Assembly (NCBI GenBank): GCA_040954595.2
Contig: CM082578.2
Coordinates: 13,048,204-13,112,203, forward strand
Direction of reading: 5' to 3'
Source: Balanoglossus misakiensis
Taxonomy: Eukaryota; Animalia; Hemichordata
DNA length: 64,000 nucleotides
The translations under genes were made by a program, and so were the position numbers. The notes beneath the pieces were generated by a model. That model had not been told where the DNA came from. It was given only the letters and a program-made list of their open reading frames with translations, and made no database searches. Each line of letters begins with the position of its first letter. Positions within the stretch are counted from its first letter, which is position 1. This document shows, piece by piece, positions 27,156-40,180 of the stretch.

Positions 27156-28289
27156 ATGGAGAGCAACACAAGCGCCTTTTTAAACGCCAGTTTTGACAAC
27201 TGGACAATGGTACCGCCGATGTCCCAATACTACACCTGCGGAGCCGACCCGCTGGTTTTCATGACACTCGGCATAACGCTGGGCAGCGTCGGTCTGCTTG
27301 GGAACCTCATCTTCATGTTTGTGGTCGTGCGAGTCAAATCCATGCAGACGGCGACAAACCACTATCTCATCAACCTGGCGGTAGCCGATCTCCTCTTCTT
27401 GATGTGCCTGTGGATGTACTACCTCTGCGCAGCGGCCAACCCCGACGGCTCGTGCATTTTCGCGACGCACGCCGATCTGCGTTGCGTTACCGGCATGGTG
27501 ATCGACATCGCCCTGCTGACGTCCAACTTCAGCGTAACGTTCATCGGGATAGAGCGCTACGTGGCTATCACGCTACCGTTCCGGGCGCGGCAAATCTGCA
27601 CCAAGGGCAAAACCATCTACTTCAACGTGATCATGTGGATTTTGGCCATAATAATAGTAACACCGCCGGCTGTGGCGTGCCACGTTGACGACCCACCCGT
27701 CTCTATCTATGTAGCCATATACTTCATATTCATCAGCGTGTGCTTCGTCAGTCTGTGCATGGTGACCATTTTGTATAGCTTGACGATATACCACTTCACG
27801 AAAACGTCCAAGGAAATGAAAAACCTTAACGACACTCGTCATCATCGCGCCCCCAACCACGACAAGGCCGTGGTGAGACTCTGTGTTTTGACGACAGCGG
27901 TATACTTTGCCTGCTTGTTTCCGAAGGAAGTCGCTTTGATACTGCAACTCATCGTTCAGTTTGGCGGACCGACGGTGGCTGCCAGCACGTCAGAGTGCAT
28001 TCACAACGTCTCCATTATCCTGCTGATCATTCACTCGGCGGCCAACCCAATCATTTACAATGTGATGAGCTCTCGCTACCGCCAGGCTTTCAAGACTGCC
28101 CTGGTGACGTGTTTTAATAAGAACAGCGACCGTCGCCCGGACAACAAAAGTTACTATTACTCTCGTACAACCAACAACACGACGGCGAAGGATGACGGAT
28201 GCCACTCGACCCACACGGACGGGTGCCCGCGAAAATATCTCGTCTGCCCGAAAGAAATGCAGACATACTCTCGAACTACGTCGATGTAA
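27156..28289 (+). CDS. Class A (rhodopsin-like) GPCR, TRHR/GHSR/NMUR-like orphan, 377 aa, intronless CDS (GPCR1)
   Basis: Seven hydrophobic helices. Motifs GN (TM1), TNHYLINLAVADL (TM2), ERY (TM3), W (TM4), CLFP (TM6), NPIIY plus NVMSSRYRQAF (TM7/H8). N-glycosylation sequons NTS/NAS/NWT. First ATG at 27156 in good context (aaacATGG). Confidence 0.93.
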   Translation: MESNTSAFLNASFDNWTMVPPMSQYYTCGADPLVFMTLGITLGSVGLLGNLIFMFVVVRVKSMQTATNHYLINLAVADLLFLMCLWMYYLCAAANPDGSCIFATHADLRCVTGMVIDIALLTSNFSVTFIGIERYVAITLPFRARQICTKGKTIYFNVIMWILAIIIVTPPAVACHVDDPPVSIYVAIYFIFISVCFVSLCMVTILYSLTIYHFTKTSKEMKNLNDTRHHRAPNHDKAVVRLCVLTTAVYFACLFPKEVALILQLIVQFGGPTVAASTSECIHNVSIILLIIHSAANPIIYNVMSSRYRQAFKTALVTCFNKNSDRRPDNKSYYYSRTTNNTTAKDDGCHSTHTDGCPRKYLVCPKEMQTYSRTTSM

Positions 28290-30584
28290 TGAGTACCCTA
28301 ACATTTTGTATATTTTATTGTTTGATAGTTAAATCGCATCGATCGGCAAATGCAATGTAATGTTTAGTGGATACACTAAACCAAAACATGTTCGCAGAAT
28401 GATCTGTATATATCTCAAGTTAAAATTTACAACTGGTTTTAACTTCTGCGTACATAGGTATAACCACGCCAAACAGAAATAAGCCCGTTTGTTACAGCGG
28501 AGATTACTAACTTTTGGAGAATGGCTAAAACGGAACAATAATCTAAATTAAGAGTTATTGTAGACATAACTGTATTTTAGTGGCCTTTTCAGAACTACGT
28601 GTATTAAAAAATGCTAACATTATAGAATACAATATACATGTAATGCAAGGTAAATATTTCACACTATATTTTTGCTAAATCTCGAAGTTTAACGCAGTAG
28701 ATGCAGATATTTTTTTCAGTCGCCAATACTGTGTACTTTTAGTTTTAACCTTCACAGGCGATTCCTGTCGCAGAGGAGTAACGTAACGCGAATCTCAAAG
28801 AGACCATTTCCCCGAAAGAAAACAATACTGCGATCGTGTAAAGGATGTAAATAAGCATGCCTCGACCGGGAATATGGCCGTCAGTTTACATTCTGTTTTT
28901 AATCGAAAATGTCAAAGGTTAGAAAATTCTCCAAGAAAGATTACGGGTTCATATCCCATTAACCACTCTAGCTATCGGCTTAAGCATTTTTTTGCTTCCT
29001 GGGAAAAGCATGTGGTCCGTTTCCAAACTGAGAGTGTCATTTCACGGAGCTGAGCTGACAGGACGCCAATGAAAGCCGCCCAAGGGTATACAATCCATTG
29101 GTTTTGAGCAGTCGTTCCACGCAAAAAAGTAGTATTTCACGAAAGTGAAATGTTGTATTGATTGAAAACAAACACCTTGATTGCTACTTTGCGCAGATGG
29201 CACATTTGCGCTTGCGTATACGGCCGTACGGTGGATTTGGGTGATTGATTCAAACTGTGTAAGCAGAAAATACTAAAACAACATATTGGACCGCCTCCGT
29301 TTAGTGATTGTGATGTGGCTAGGTGGTTTATCATTACTGACATTTATAAAGTCAGACCCCAACTGTCTTGCCATTTGATATTTATTTGAATGTTAAAATC
29401 AGCCCGAGTGTTTAATCTGGGGATATATCCACATGTTCACAATAAGTCAGTTGATATAGTTTTCTATTGGGCATTTATCCACCATATTTCGTTTGCTTCT
29501 CTCGAGCTGGACGATAATTACACATTGTAAAATTAGTAAACTATTGATAAATAAACAGTATAGTATGCATCTCCTCATCGCTCCTCTCCGCATATTCTTT
29601 GGTGTCTGCCTCATTTTGATGAGTATGTGGCAAAACGCGATGGAGTAAGATTATTATTACTACCTGTAACATTATTACGTTTATTAAAACGATGGTTGGC
29701 TTTACGTGTATAGTTGTGCACGATACGATCAGTTTCGACGCGTCCTAAGGCTTTTCCATACTCTAGTCCAGTGTTACTTCATTTTCGATGACGAACTTTT
29801 TATGAACAATTCTTTGGTACCAAGGACTAGACTGGTCATGCATTTAAGCCACCCCAAGTGACTTCAGAGGAAGACTACAATTTGCCTAGTGTATTACGTA
29901 CACGCATGATCAGGATTGCTCCGATGCGGTATCCACGCTTAGTGGAAGTAAACGCTGCTTTGAAATGAACTTGATAATTGAAACATGGCAAGCGCTGGAC
30001 AGCGTTGACCTTACTTGGGACTTTTCCCACATGCATGCATATTAAATGTAAATAATAATTACTAGTAACTTCCGAGCAGTCGTTTTTTCTCCCGAGAACA
30101 CAGTAGACTGTCACCCGTCACAGTGCAACGACTCGAGGTGTTATTAATTATTTTTTCTTCCATGAAAGAGAGCAACGGTCACACGCATTATTACTGATTG
30201 GAAAAGTTGAAGGGTTTTTAAAACCGCTCTACTTTCGCATTGCTCCTGTTCCCGTTTAACTTGAATGGGTAATGGTGTCTAATGATTGATAGAAATCTCG
30301 TATGATGGAGAGAATCTTCAATTCAACATGTCAAACAAAAGCAATTTTATATAATTTAAATTAATACTTGCGGGGCCGTACTGAAATTCTCTACTGTAAA
30401 TACATGTGAACATACAGGGGAAGGGACGAATGTGTTCCAAAGGTTATCTCTGCAAAGGTATAATTTCAAGCCTCGCATGGTTACTGATATATTTCACCTT
30501 AAGCCCCTAACCTAAATATGCAACCATTCGTGACGGTCACTTTTATTGCTGGAATACAAACAGTCATTTAGCAGTGGTATTAAA

Positions 30585-30692
30585 AAAATAGCCGCTGATC
30601 GACTTCGAGCATATTGCAATTTTATGTAGAAATCCGGTTGTGGTAATTGTAAAAAAGCCGCTGCTCGACTCAGAGCATATTGTATAGTTTTT
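30585..30692. repeat. Degenerate direct repeat (two ~45-bp copies)
   Basis: aaaatagccgctgatcgacttcgagcatattg versus aaaaagccgctgctcgactcagagcatattg. Confidence 0.7.
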
Positions 30693-32277
30693 GGAAAGCA
30701 ATCCAAGCCTATAAAATACCCACCCCTATGGTCACTGCAACTATAATTCTCTGGTCTACGTTCGACGATGGTTAACGCCCTGTTGGAACGATAACACCGA
30801 CAGGATATGTTATCTCTGGATATATTGGAATACTTGAAATAGTTGTTTGTTAATTTGTTGTCAAACACAGGTCAATCATGCTCCTATTACATGCGCTGCT
30901 CTGCTAATGATCTGCTGAAATTGATTTCTCTTCTTATTCGAAAACCTTGTTTGCATAGTGTTATTTGTAAATTAATAGGAAAATAAACATTGACACGTAC
31001 CTGCATGACTCCGTATTCATGAATGCGAATAGGTATATGAAATATTTTTTTATTTGGGTAAAATATTTTCAGATGGCGATCCTGTTACTGGCAAAGACTA
31101 AACAGGTCATCATGCATTTGAGCCTTGGGTTTAAAATATGAAATGCACGATGCGGTAAACCGTAGACATGTAACAAAACCCTCAAGGATACGTCTCAGCT
31201 GTGCTCCCCAGAATACGAAAAGGAACTTTTGATTTGGTGAGCACGGCACAAGCAATGTATTAACCGTCCGTATAAAAATTGCCGGCGAAGAATTATCGCA
31301 ATCCCATGTCAAATTGGCCTCCAATAACTATGTATGTATAAAATGGATGATTTATTACGACAGCTATTGTTAACTGGTTATACTGATGGAGTGTTGCCTG
31401 CCAGTAAAGCTAATGGTACCGCATCATGTGCCATCCTGCATATTTTTTATGCTTGGCGCGTGCTATTCTCGTGCCAATATGACGTCACGATGTTCCATTT
31501 TTCTCCCATGCACCGGCCATTGGCCTACAAGGTATTAACTGACATCGTTACCCGGGGAGCGGAATATTACAAATGTACAACTGAAAGTTCGTCAGCTGTT
31601 TATGGTACCAATTTGGCCTACATAAAAATAAATTAAAGGTCCACTCTATGCAGCTTTTGTCTCTATTTTTAGTATTTTTATTATGTGTGTCGACCATGGT
31701 TTCTTGTTCGACTCCCTGAGGCAGGATCGAATACGTGTATCTTCTCAACATAGCCCATGTGTGCACAAACGGCATTCTTGTTATTTAAAAATTGTATTCA
31801 AGTCCAGTCTTGATAGCATTTGTCAACAATAAAAACGATCGGTACACATACACATGACTTATTGACACTACAAAATTGGAAGTATTTGGATGTTATAGGG
31901 AGAATAACAAGAAAAATAGCCGGTGTTCATGACGAAAATTGTGTAGATTCGCGGGTACTTTGGGCGTTGAACGACTCATACATGCAGGCGTCTACGTGCA
32001 CAAGACTGACTGATAACTCTTTAGGTCTAATACCATGCCGTAAATAGAATATATGGCGAGTGGATCATACACTCAGATAAAAACATGAGGGCGCACCGTG
32101 AAGATGAACGTCATGAGATCTGACAGCGCACAGGTATATGACTATTGTAATAGACTAGAACATCTGCACATGCGCAACAACTGCGAAGTGTGTGCGCAAC
32201 AAATTATAAAACTGGTACAGGTAAAACCGAATGTTTCATTTACAGTAGTTGTGTGTGCCGAGGAGAAAGCTATCAAC

Positions 32278-33405
32278 ATGAGCGAGAACGTGATGGGAAT
32301 GGAAAACGCAAGTCTGCCAAATTCCACGGAGGGAGCGACGATGAGGCTGGAGTATAACTGTGGCGCCGATCCTCTCGTGTTTCACGTGCTGGGGATGACA
32401 TTGGGCACCGTGGGTTTAATTGGCAACGTCTGCTTCATGTTTGTGGTTGTGCGGGTCAAATCTATGCAGACGGCAACTAACCATTACCTGATTAACCTGG
32501 CGGCCGCGGATCTCCTCTATTTGATGTGTCTGTGGTTTCTCTACTTGTGCGTCCTGGTGAACGGGGACGGCGCCTGCTTCTTCACCACGTACGCCGACGC
32601 CAGGTGCGTCATCGGCATGGTGGTCGACATCGCCGTACTGACTTCGAACTTCAGCGTCACCTTCATCGGGATAGAACGATACGTGGCCATCACGCACCCT
32701 TTCCGGGCGCGGCGGCTCTGCACCAAGGGTAAAACTGCGCTTTTCAACGTCTTGATGTGGATCCTAGCCCTGGTGATAAAGCTACCCTCGGCCGTGGCGT
32801 GTCACGTCGACGACCCTCCCGAGTCGATCTACATAGCCATTTACATCATATTCATCACGGTTTGTTTCATCAGTTTATGCATGGTGACAGTTCTGTACAC
32901 TTTGACAGCCTACCATTTCAAGCAGACGACCAAGGCGATGCGGGAGTTCAACGACTCTCGCCACCAGGCCCCAAGCCACGACAAGGCTGTCGTGAGACTC
33001 TGCGTTTTGACAACCGTTATATATTTCCTCTGCCTGTTCCCAAAAGAACTGGCGTTCATACTGCAACTGTTCAAGCAACTTGGCGGACCTATCGTTAGTT
33101 TGAATACGACCTTCTGCATTCACAACGTCTCCGTCATTCTGCTCATGGTCCACTCGGCAGCAAACCCCATCGTCTACAACGTCATGAGTTCCAGGTACAG
33201 ACAAGCCTTCAAAACTGCTCTGATGTCTTGCTGTGGAATCAATTGTTCTGGTCGCCAGTGCGATAAAACTTATTACACGCGCACCAATGGCTTCACCGAC
33301 AAAACGGTTGCAAGTGACGTGAACCAATCGATCCATAGACAAAGCAAGAAATTTCCGGCACGTTCCACAGAAATTGAATCGTGCCCTAGGACTACGTCGA
33401 TGTAA
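32278..33405 (+). CDS. Class A GPCR, tandem paralog of GPCR1, 375 aa (GPCR2)
   Basis: Same motifs (NLAAADL, ERY, CLFP, NPIVY). 50/59 residues identical to GPCR1 over CGADP...LMCLW. Splice acceptor atgtttcatttacag| at 32245 implies a start at ATG 32278, not the GTG at 32098. Confidence 0.93.
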   Translation: MSENVMGMENASLPNSTEGATMRLEYNCGADPLVFHVLGMTLGTVGLIGNVCFMFVVVRVKSMQTATNHYLINLAAADLLYLMCLWFLYLCVLVNGDGACFFTTYADARCVIGMVVDIAVLTSNFSVTFIGIERYVAITHPFRARRLCTKGKTALFNVLMWILALVIKLPSAVACHVDDPPESIYIAIYIIFITVCFISLCMVTVLYTLTAYHFKQTTKAMREFNDSRHQAPSHDKAVVRLCVLTTVIYFLCLFPKELAFILQLFKQLGGPIVSLNTTFCIHNVSVILLMVHSAANPIVYNVMSSRYRQAFKTALMSCCGINCSGRQCDKTYYTRTNGFTDKTVASDVNQSIHRQSKKFPARSTEIESCPRTTSM

Positions 33406-34251
33406 ATGTGTTTTCATCAAATGATCCATGTTATGATTCTGAATAATGCCGTGGACTTCACCATGAAATCAACTGTCATAAAACACACGCGCTTTATATC
33501 CAGCGTGCCTTCTTTCAGACGTATTTCTCGATTTGTTTTATTGTGTGCAAGTAAGTAAGTAGCAACGCTGCATGGAGATATATTTTCACGCAAGACATGA
33601 GCCTTCTGTTGTACTAGTATTCTTTTTTTGGTGGGCATGCTAATGTCATACAAGGACACGTTAAAATATGCTTTCCTATTTCAAAAGTGGCAGATGGTGC
33701 TAATTGTTCAGTTCACATATGGAAAGTACAGGAAAGACGTTTTATATCAAGGCCAGCACCTAAGTATATGCGCTGTGTTAGCATACGAAGCCACGGCGCG
33801 GTGGAACTTAAGTTGCTAAAGCACCACAAGCGCCCAACCATCGCTGAAACCGTTGTTTGAAAGACTATGATTTCTGTTAATACCGTTTATAATCAGCCAC
33901 TCGTGAGCGTTTTTTGACCCAATATTTCCGTGGCTGCCCGTCCGTTGAACAACAGCACGAATCAGTTTTCAATCATAATTTCGCAGCGGGTTTCTTGGAC
34001 TCAATACATTGATTTGTGGACAGATGTACATTTGTAGGCATTTGGCGCCTACTTCATGGCTGTTGGGCTCCCGCAGTTTTCAAATTACTTGGCAAGCAAA
34101 CCGCACGGCGCTGAAATGAATTGCTCGAAGCAGAGAAAAAATACGGAGACTGCTATAATTGCCGCTCCTCCGTTGCGTAAATCAAGCGACACCGAATTGA
34201 TGTTGTAATATATTTAGCCTTTTAGAGAAATCACCAGTTCATATGATGTAA

Positions 34252-34400
34252 TTAAAGGATAGGTCTGCAGTGGCCCCTGCAATCTATGGCACCATAAGCT
34301 GAAAATTTCATTACACAATATATTGAGTGTTGTCACTTCTAATCACATTTTCCAAAAGGCTAATATGAAGATATTTTAACGTTCCAGAACGAATGCAACA
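34252..34400 (+). mobile_element. Remnant end of a Kolobok-like non-autonomous DNA transposon
   Basis: TTAA|AGGataggtctgcagt resembles the reverse complement of the 47027 terminus (taaggactcgttctgcagt). The right end is not identifiable. Confidence 0.3.
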
Positions 34401-36147
34401 CACGGACTAATATAACTTTAAGTATTTTCTCAGTATTTTTGTTTTCAGTTACTAAGGCTTGGGGCTTTAACACATTATTGTCACATTAAGTATTTTCAAG
34501 TTGGCTGTATTACATTCATATACTTGTAAGTCAATTGGAAAGATATTTTTTATTTCAAAGCCAATGATATTTTGTTGTTGAGTCGAAAGTCGACATAGCC
34601 TTCTGGCATGCGTGACAATACATTGTGAACTAAATCTTTAATCTATATCACCACAATATCAAGCGCACTTCGTCACATCTTTCACTGGGGTTGTATGTTC
34701 AGAGGAGCCAGTGTGTAAGCGTAAGAGTACATACATGCATTGTATTTCAGTTGCTCGGGAGACTGGGTGATCTCATACATTAGTGGATATGTCGTGGGCA
34801 ACCTTTTGATTCTTGTTCCTATCCCCAACGAGAAATTCTGGCGCACACGTGTATCTTAAAAAAGAGCAGTTCTGTAGAATATTTTAATGATTGCATACTT
34901 CATTCACCCGTACGGCCTGCTGCCATTTACCCACCCACGATTCTCGCCCGATCGAGCGCCAGCGAACATTCAGTATGAGGTTTTTTGAGATTAACCGAAT
35001 CTACTCTAAAGCGTTATTGCGCCTAATCCGATTAACAGAGACACGCCGTTTCTAGGAAATACCACAATGCATCTGTAGCAAAAAGTCGGATAATTGTAAC
35101 AATATACATGTGCTGGCATACTGTGGCTATTTTAGGTAACACAATGCACTACAAGAATTAGCTCAAAGCGTTCACTCCAATCCATAGCACATGAAAGATT
35201 ATCATGGTGGTCACAAAACATGTTTTAATGCAATCTCACGTCGCAACACGACATTTTATTATCAGAAAAACAATCGAGATGAGAACATCAATCAATCAAT
35301 CTTTTTCCCCACCAAGAGTAAAATGTACCAGTATCATTTGTAAGCAAATGCGTTAAGGCAAACGGGCATTAAGTTATTAAGGTCACTTAATCTCGAATGT
35401 TCATATAACAATTTATTTATTAGGTGAGTTTGACTCTCAAGAAAGAAAGGACACCCGTGTAGAGACAGTATTTATTGCTTCACTAGTGATTTGATCCCGG
35501 CTTTCGCGGGCGACGCTTTCCCCTATGATGTGTCATTTATCACGTGAAGCAGTTATCATAAATATGTGTAACAGAATACCCTTTGGATCGTAAAGCGCGT
35601 CGTTACCAACAGATGACAGTCGTTTGTTCTTGATGTATCTAAATTAAGGGAATCAACTGATCAATGGCGATCCATCCATCATGCCACCAAACTCTACTGT
35701 GAATTTTTTTAACCTGCTTGGAATTTATCGGTGGTGGGCACACTGACAAAGCAGAATATTAATGTGCACTTGATTTATACCATACTCACCACGTGTTTTC
35801 CGGAAATGATTTTGATCATTGGCCCAACTCATGGTCTGCATCGCAGATAAAAGCACACAAAAAGGGGTAAACTGACACACGTCATGTTTATGCAGTGAAG
35901 TCTAACCCAGATGGTTTTATCGCTTGTTATGCTGGAGCAATGTTCATAAAATTTTACATCAAGTGTACAGTTTCATCTGCGTCAATGTGCGCGTCCCCGC
36001 CTTGAAATGTTAAGCTTTAAACGGGAACGCACTCTATGTATAATTATTCTTCAGGATAATTTCTTAAGCGAAAAATAAACAACATCTGAGCAGCTAGTTG
36101 TTTAAGAAGTGCCCCAATATTTTTAAATAGTGTTTAATTTGTTGGGC

Positions 36148-36182
36148 TATGTATGTATGTATGTATGTATGTATGTATGTAT
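36148..36182. repeat. (GTAT)n microsatellite
   Basis: About 8 tandem copies. Confidence 0.9.
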
Positions 36183-36669
36183 CACCACTTTGAACCCATT
36201 AAAATACAACATGACAAAAATAGATCTCACGTCACAGTCATGCTCCAATTGCATATTGGGTCGATCAGGGCAGAATTTACGGAAACATGATCAATATTTT
36301 CGTAGAAATCGAGATACTTAGAGAATTTTTCCAATGCAGGCTGTAAAATGATATGTCAATCTGTGCCACATATATCACGTGTTTCGTGCTCGAACACGTA
36401 AGCAGAATCGACGAGTATACCAGTTCGGTTTAATTATACGCTCGTTCATAATTGAGATCTTTACATTTCCCGGAAAAGCTTTTTTTCGAGTGGGTAACAT
36501 TATCCATTTTCTTTACTAGAAACGCAGTTGTTGCCATGCAATACAATGGCTTTGAAAAGTTGGACATCGGTATACATGTATTTTCAAACGTGTTTATAGT
36601 GAAATTCCACCTGGGCCAATATGTATTAAATAATTGTGAATATGGTCGCGGAATTATATTTCTTCTCCA

Positions 36670-37045
36670 CGGGTCAGTAACGCCCGTCTCGGTTCGAATC
36701 CATCCGCGCAGATAAGACCGGTGATGTCCACACGCTGAACATAGCTGTCTTGGTAAGGTAAGCCGATCGGGGATTACCCAGCTCAACCTGGCTTCAATGG
36801 ATTTCCCCAAATAAGCACTGGGAGGTAAGGTGATCATACAGAAGACAACAGTAGCCTCGACCACTACAGCCCGAAACCTGAGTCACCTCACCCATAAAGC
36901 ACATGTGAATGCGAGGCCTCCCCTGACAGGTCATGTGACCTGAATCTCCTGCTGCCATTGGCCGAAATGCGACAGAAGGGCATGTCGCTGGGATTAGATC
37001 ACCTTGTGTGGAATGGCAAACTACCTGTACAGTAAAACAAACCGA
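36670..37045 (+). mobile_element. Probable tRNA-derived SINE with degraded 5' end
   Basis: Perfect pol III B-box GGTTCGAATCC at 36691-36701, ~340 bp of higher-GC body and an A-rich tail (aaaacaaac). No clear A-box. Confidence 0.4.
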
Positions 37046-37116
37046 AATCGAGCAGAGCAAATTGAACTGAAGTATTCTCTTTTGAACAAAGTATGGGCAA
37101 AGCCACATGTTAAAAG

Positions 37117-37175
37117 ACCGACAGACCGACCGACCGACCAACCAACCAGCAGACTCAGCGACCGACAGACTAACT
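37117..37175. repeat. (GACC)n/(AACC)n imperfect microsatellite
   Basis: Seen directly in the sequence. Confidence 0.8.
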
Positions 37176-40120
37176 GGCTTCGCATAGATGCACTGTATTT
37201 GACAGTCACCAGAAGATGCGACTTAGCTTCGATTTTATATAACTTGCTATGTCTTGCCATGGTCTGGCGAATCAACTTATGCTGGCTCAACTGTGAAACA
37301 CATGGGAACAGTGCCGCAACAGTTTGTCAATTGTATAAGGCTGGCGAATTAAGCCAGAACATCAGAAGGCGAACGAGTACCGTAGGCGATCGAATCCTGA
37401 CTTTAAATGAAATCCACAGGTTTCGGAATCCACCAGAGACGGAGAATCCCAATGCATGACTCTCCACGACTTGCAGTGCATACTGATTACAACACACAGA
37501 CGTATTAATCATTTGCATATCATTTGCATGATAATAGCCTACGACCCGATTCCCTGCCTCCCTGTCTCGAAATGCACTTACCCCAACCCGTTGCTACATA
37601 GTAAATATGAACACATTAGCTGGGGCTACTTTTTACGGGAAGTACTGACTGCGTGGTAAATTGATCGGAACTGATTCGCTTGCAGGTGCAATGTATTGAT
37701 TTCTTGATTCATCGGCAGACTAGACATTGAACAGAATAAAACAAATCGAATGCCTCCGAACAGGAAGTAGGCCGATATGACATGGTTATCCAGGAGGCCA
37801 AAAAAATAATACATGTACGTGATATCTGACATACCAGGCGGTCGGGATTGCGCCGCAAAGCATAATGGGTAATATTCCGTGGATTTTCTTTTGCACATCG
37901 AGTCTAAATGAACCTGCGTGTGTATTCGTCCAGCTTTGGAATGAATGCGGATCGCCTCCCCATACAGATCTTCCACCAAGAGTTGAGAGGAAATTTCTAA
38001 GGAAGTGAACATTAATTAAAATAGCGAATGCCCGATATGCTTCGTTAATGATTTTCCGGGGGGTTCAACTCTACTTCGTAAGCTTTGGGAAGTCAACCGT
38101 TCGCAGAGTAAATAATTGATATCTCATTTTGTAAACGGATTATATGCCACAGTCTCTATTGAAAAGCTTAGTATTGTCTGCGCGCGATTATATCATAAGT
38201 AAGTAATTTTCAACATCCTCCGAGCATGCATATAAGACTCATAGACTTCTCATCATATCTTAGACAGTCCCGTGAAAGGTTTTATGTATGAATGATTCAT
38301 TTACTTTCTTTCTCCCTGATTCCAGGTACATGTCGGATTATATATAATATATTCCCAGGTGCACGACGCCCGGGGAATGCCGCCCTTTATTTCACAATCT
38401 GCAGAAAAGTTTTTTGTTTTGTTATTTTCTCGTTGTGAATTATTTTCTTTAGAAATGTCGACCGCGTATATCGCGGCATTGTGTTAACATGGCCAAATTG
38501 TTTGTGTCGAATGTGTTAATGGTTATTGCCGGGTTATTTCACTCATAAACCATTTACGTACCCGACCGGAAATATTCCTCCACAGTTTTTCTAACGAGGG
38601 AGACCAATTTCGGCCGACCGAGAGGGACTATGTAGTATGTCATTATGCAGCAAATCCGTGTGGTTACACTCATCGGTAGTGATTAATATTCATGGCAGCG
38701 CAGTTCAAAAGATGAGTTCGAATGACGAAGGTGTTAAGCAAATGATCACAATTCACACCTAATGACTAATTATTTACGGCTCAGCCATAGCCCGGTTTGT
38801 TGAGTGGCCGCGGATTTAGCGAGAAGTCGTCTATTATGACGTGTATACAAGGGTGTTAATAAAGACGAAGGCGAGAAAAGCTACGTCGAAAGAAACACAA
38901 AGGAAAATGGGCCGAAAATCACGGGACTATGTTCTGTTTGTATACACTCAACGCCATCGCCGAAACGTGCGGAATTTTCAACAACCTTCCCAAAGTTCAG
39001 AACTCGCCGCACATCATGAAAATTATATTGTCTGAGTCTACCTTGAGGATACGGTTGCATGCTTACATGATGTCTGGGGCATTTCCTTCAGTCTATAAAG
39101 GATTAATTTCAAGTTTTAATAATTTATATTCTTAAGGAGATTCAAGCGACGCTGACTAGACCCGTAAAGTATCATAGCCATATGATACTAACGATTTATA
39201 GTTCGACTTTACGGGCAATTTCATGTGCTAGTATAAGCTTCAATGCAATGCCTTTACCGAGACTTGCATTGGTGATGTCGGATGCTCAACTCGTTAACCA
39301 TTGTACCTCCGATTTAAAACCATTTTTGTGAAGTACATAAATCAGTCCTCACAACCTATTCTTCATATTGAATTCTGCGCCCGCTGTACAGCATTCGGAA
39401 ATTCAAAAAACACAATGCAAATAGACGGTCGGCAACAAATGCTCAAGTAAGTGAACCATTAAAAGTACACGTCCTGAACGAAAATTCTATCTGATCAAAT
39501 TGTACTTTAATAACCGAGCCACGACTTTACATAATGGTTCATTTCCGATTGCGAGATCAATTCTATACTTAATCATGGGTTATCTAATATGGGACATGGC
39601 TAAACATTACGCCATTCATACATTTTATCGCATGGCAAATTAACTGTGATAGAGGCAATCAGGTATGTGTGATGTCTCTCTGCCGCAGCTTCACATTCCA
39701 AACTCATGTACACTGAAACGTGCTTCTACCGACATGATGCATGCACACGATCTACAGGCTATGTTTTGAGCTGAATATGGCAATCAAACAATGAACTTCG
39801 TTGGAAATGAAGTGCTATTTTCACGCATAAAGTTCAAAAAGAGGACGTTGTACAAGTTGTGAAACGTTTCGTCCAATGTAAATGAATTGTGTTTGATAGT
39901 TGAAATACATGGCCTGGTCTTTCCACCTGGCAAAAGGTGACGATGATGTTTAGTTGATTTTCCGTATTCTAACATTTCAAAGCACATAAACTCTTTCGGA
40001 TGTGAAATCTTTTGATGTTCAAAATGTCTGACCAACGACGACAAAAAGTAATCCAAAATTTCAACAGTTATGTAACTTACATTTCAACAGTTACGTAACT
40101 GTTTCAACACTTTTGATGCG

Positions 40121-40180
40121 GATCACGTGACGTGACTTGAGACGTGACTATGCAAAGTTTTCGCTTCTGATTGGTTGGAG
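40121..40180 (+). promoter_or_regulatory. Candidate promoter of the 40-44 kb spliced locus
   Basis: CACGTG plus repeated acgtgac, ATGCAAAG and an inverted CCAAT (gattgg), ~150 bp before a consensus donor cg|gtaagt at 40340. Confidence 0.35.

Noticed and set aside
27180-33429. Antisense ORFs over both GPCRs, and the extended starts at 27135 and 32098
   Set aside because: These are shadow ORFs. The extended starts use TTG/GTG, and the GPCR2 extension crosses a splice acceptor at 32245.
36691-36701. tRNA gene at the perfect B-box
   Set aside because: No acceptor stem, D-arm or anticodon arm can be folded, so it is treated as a SINE remnant.
39784-40056. 90-aa minus-strand ORF divergent from the 40.1 kb promoter-like region
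   Set aside because: Non-ATG start, no recognisable domain and no clear splice sites.
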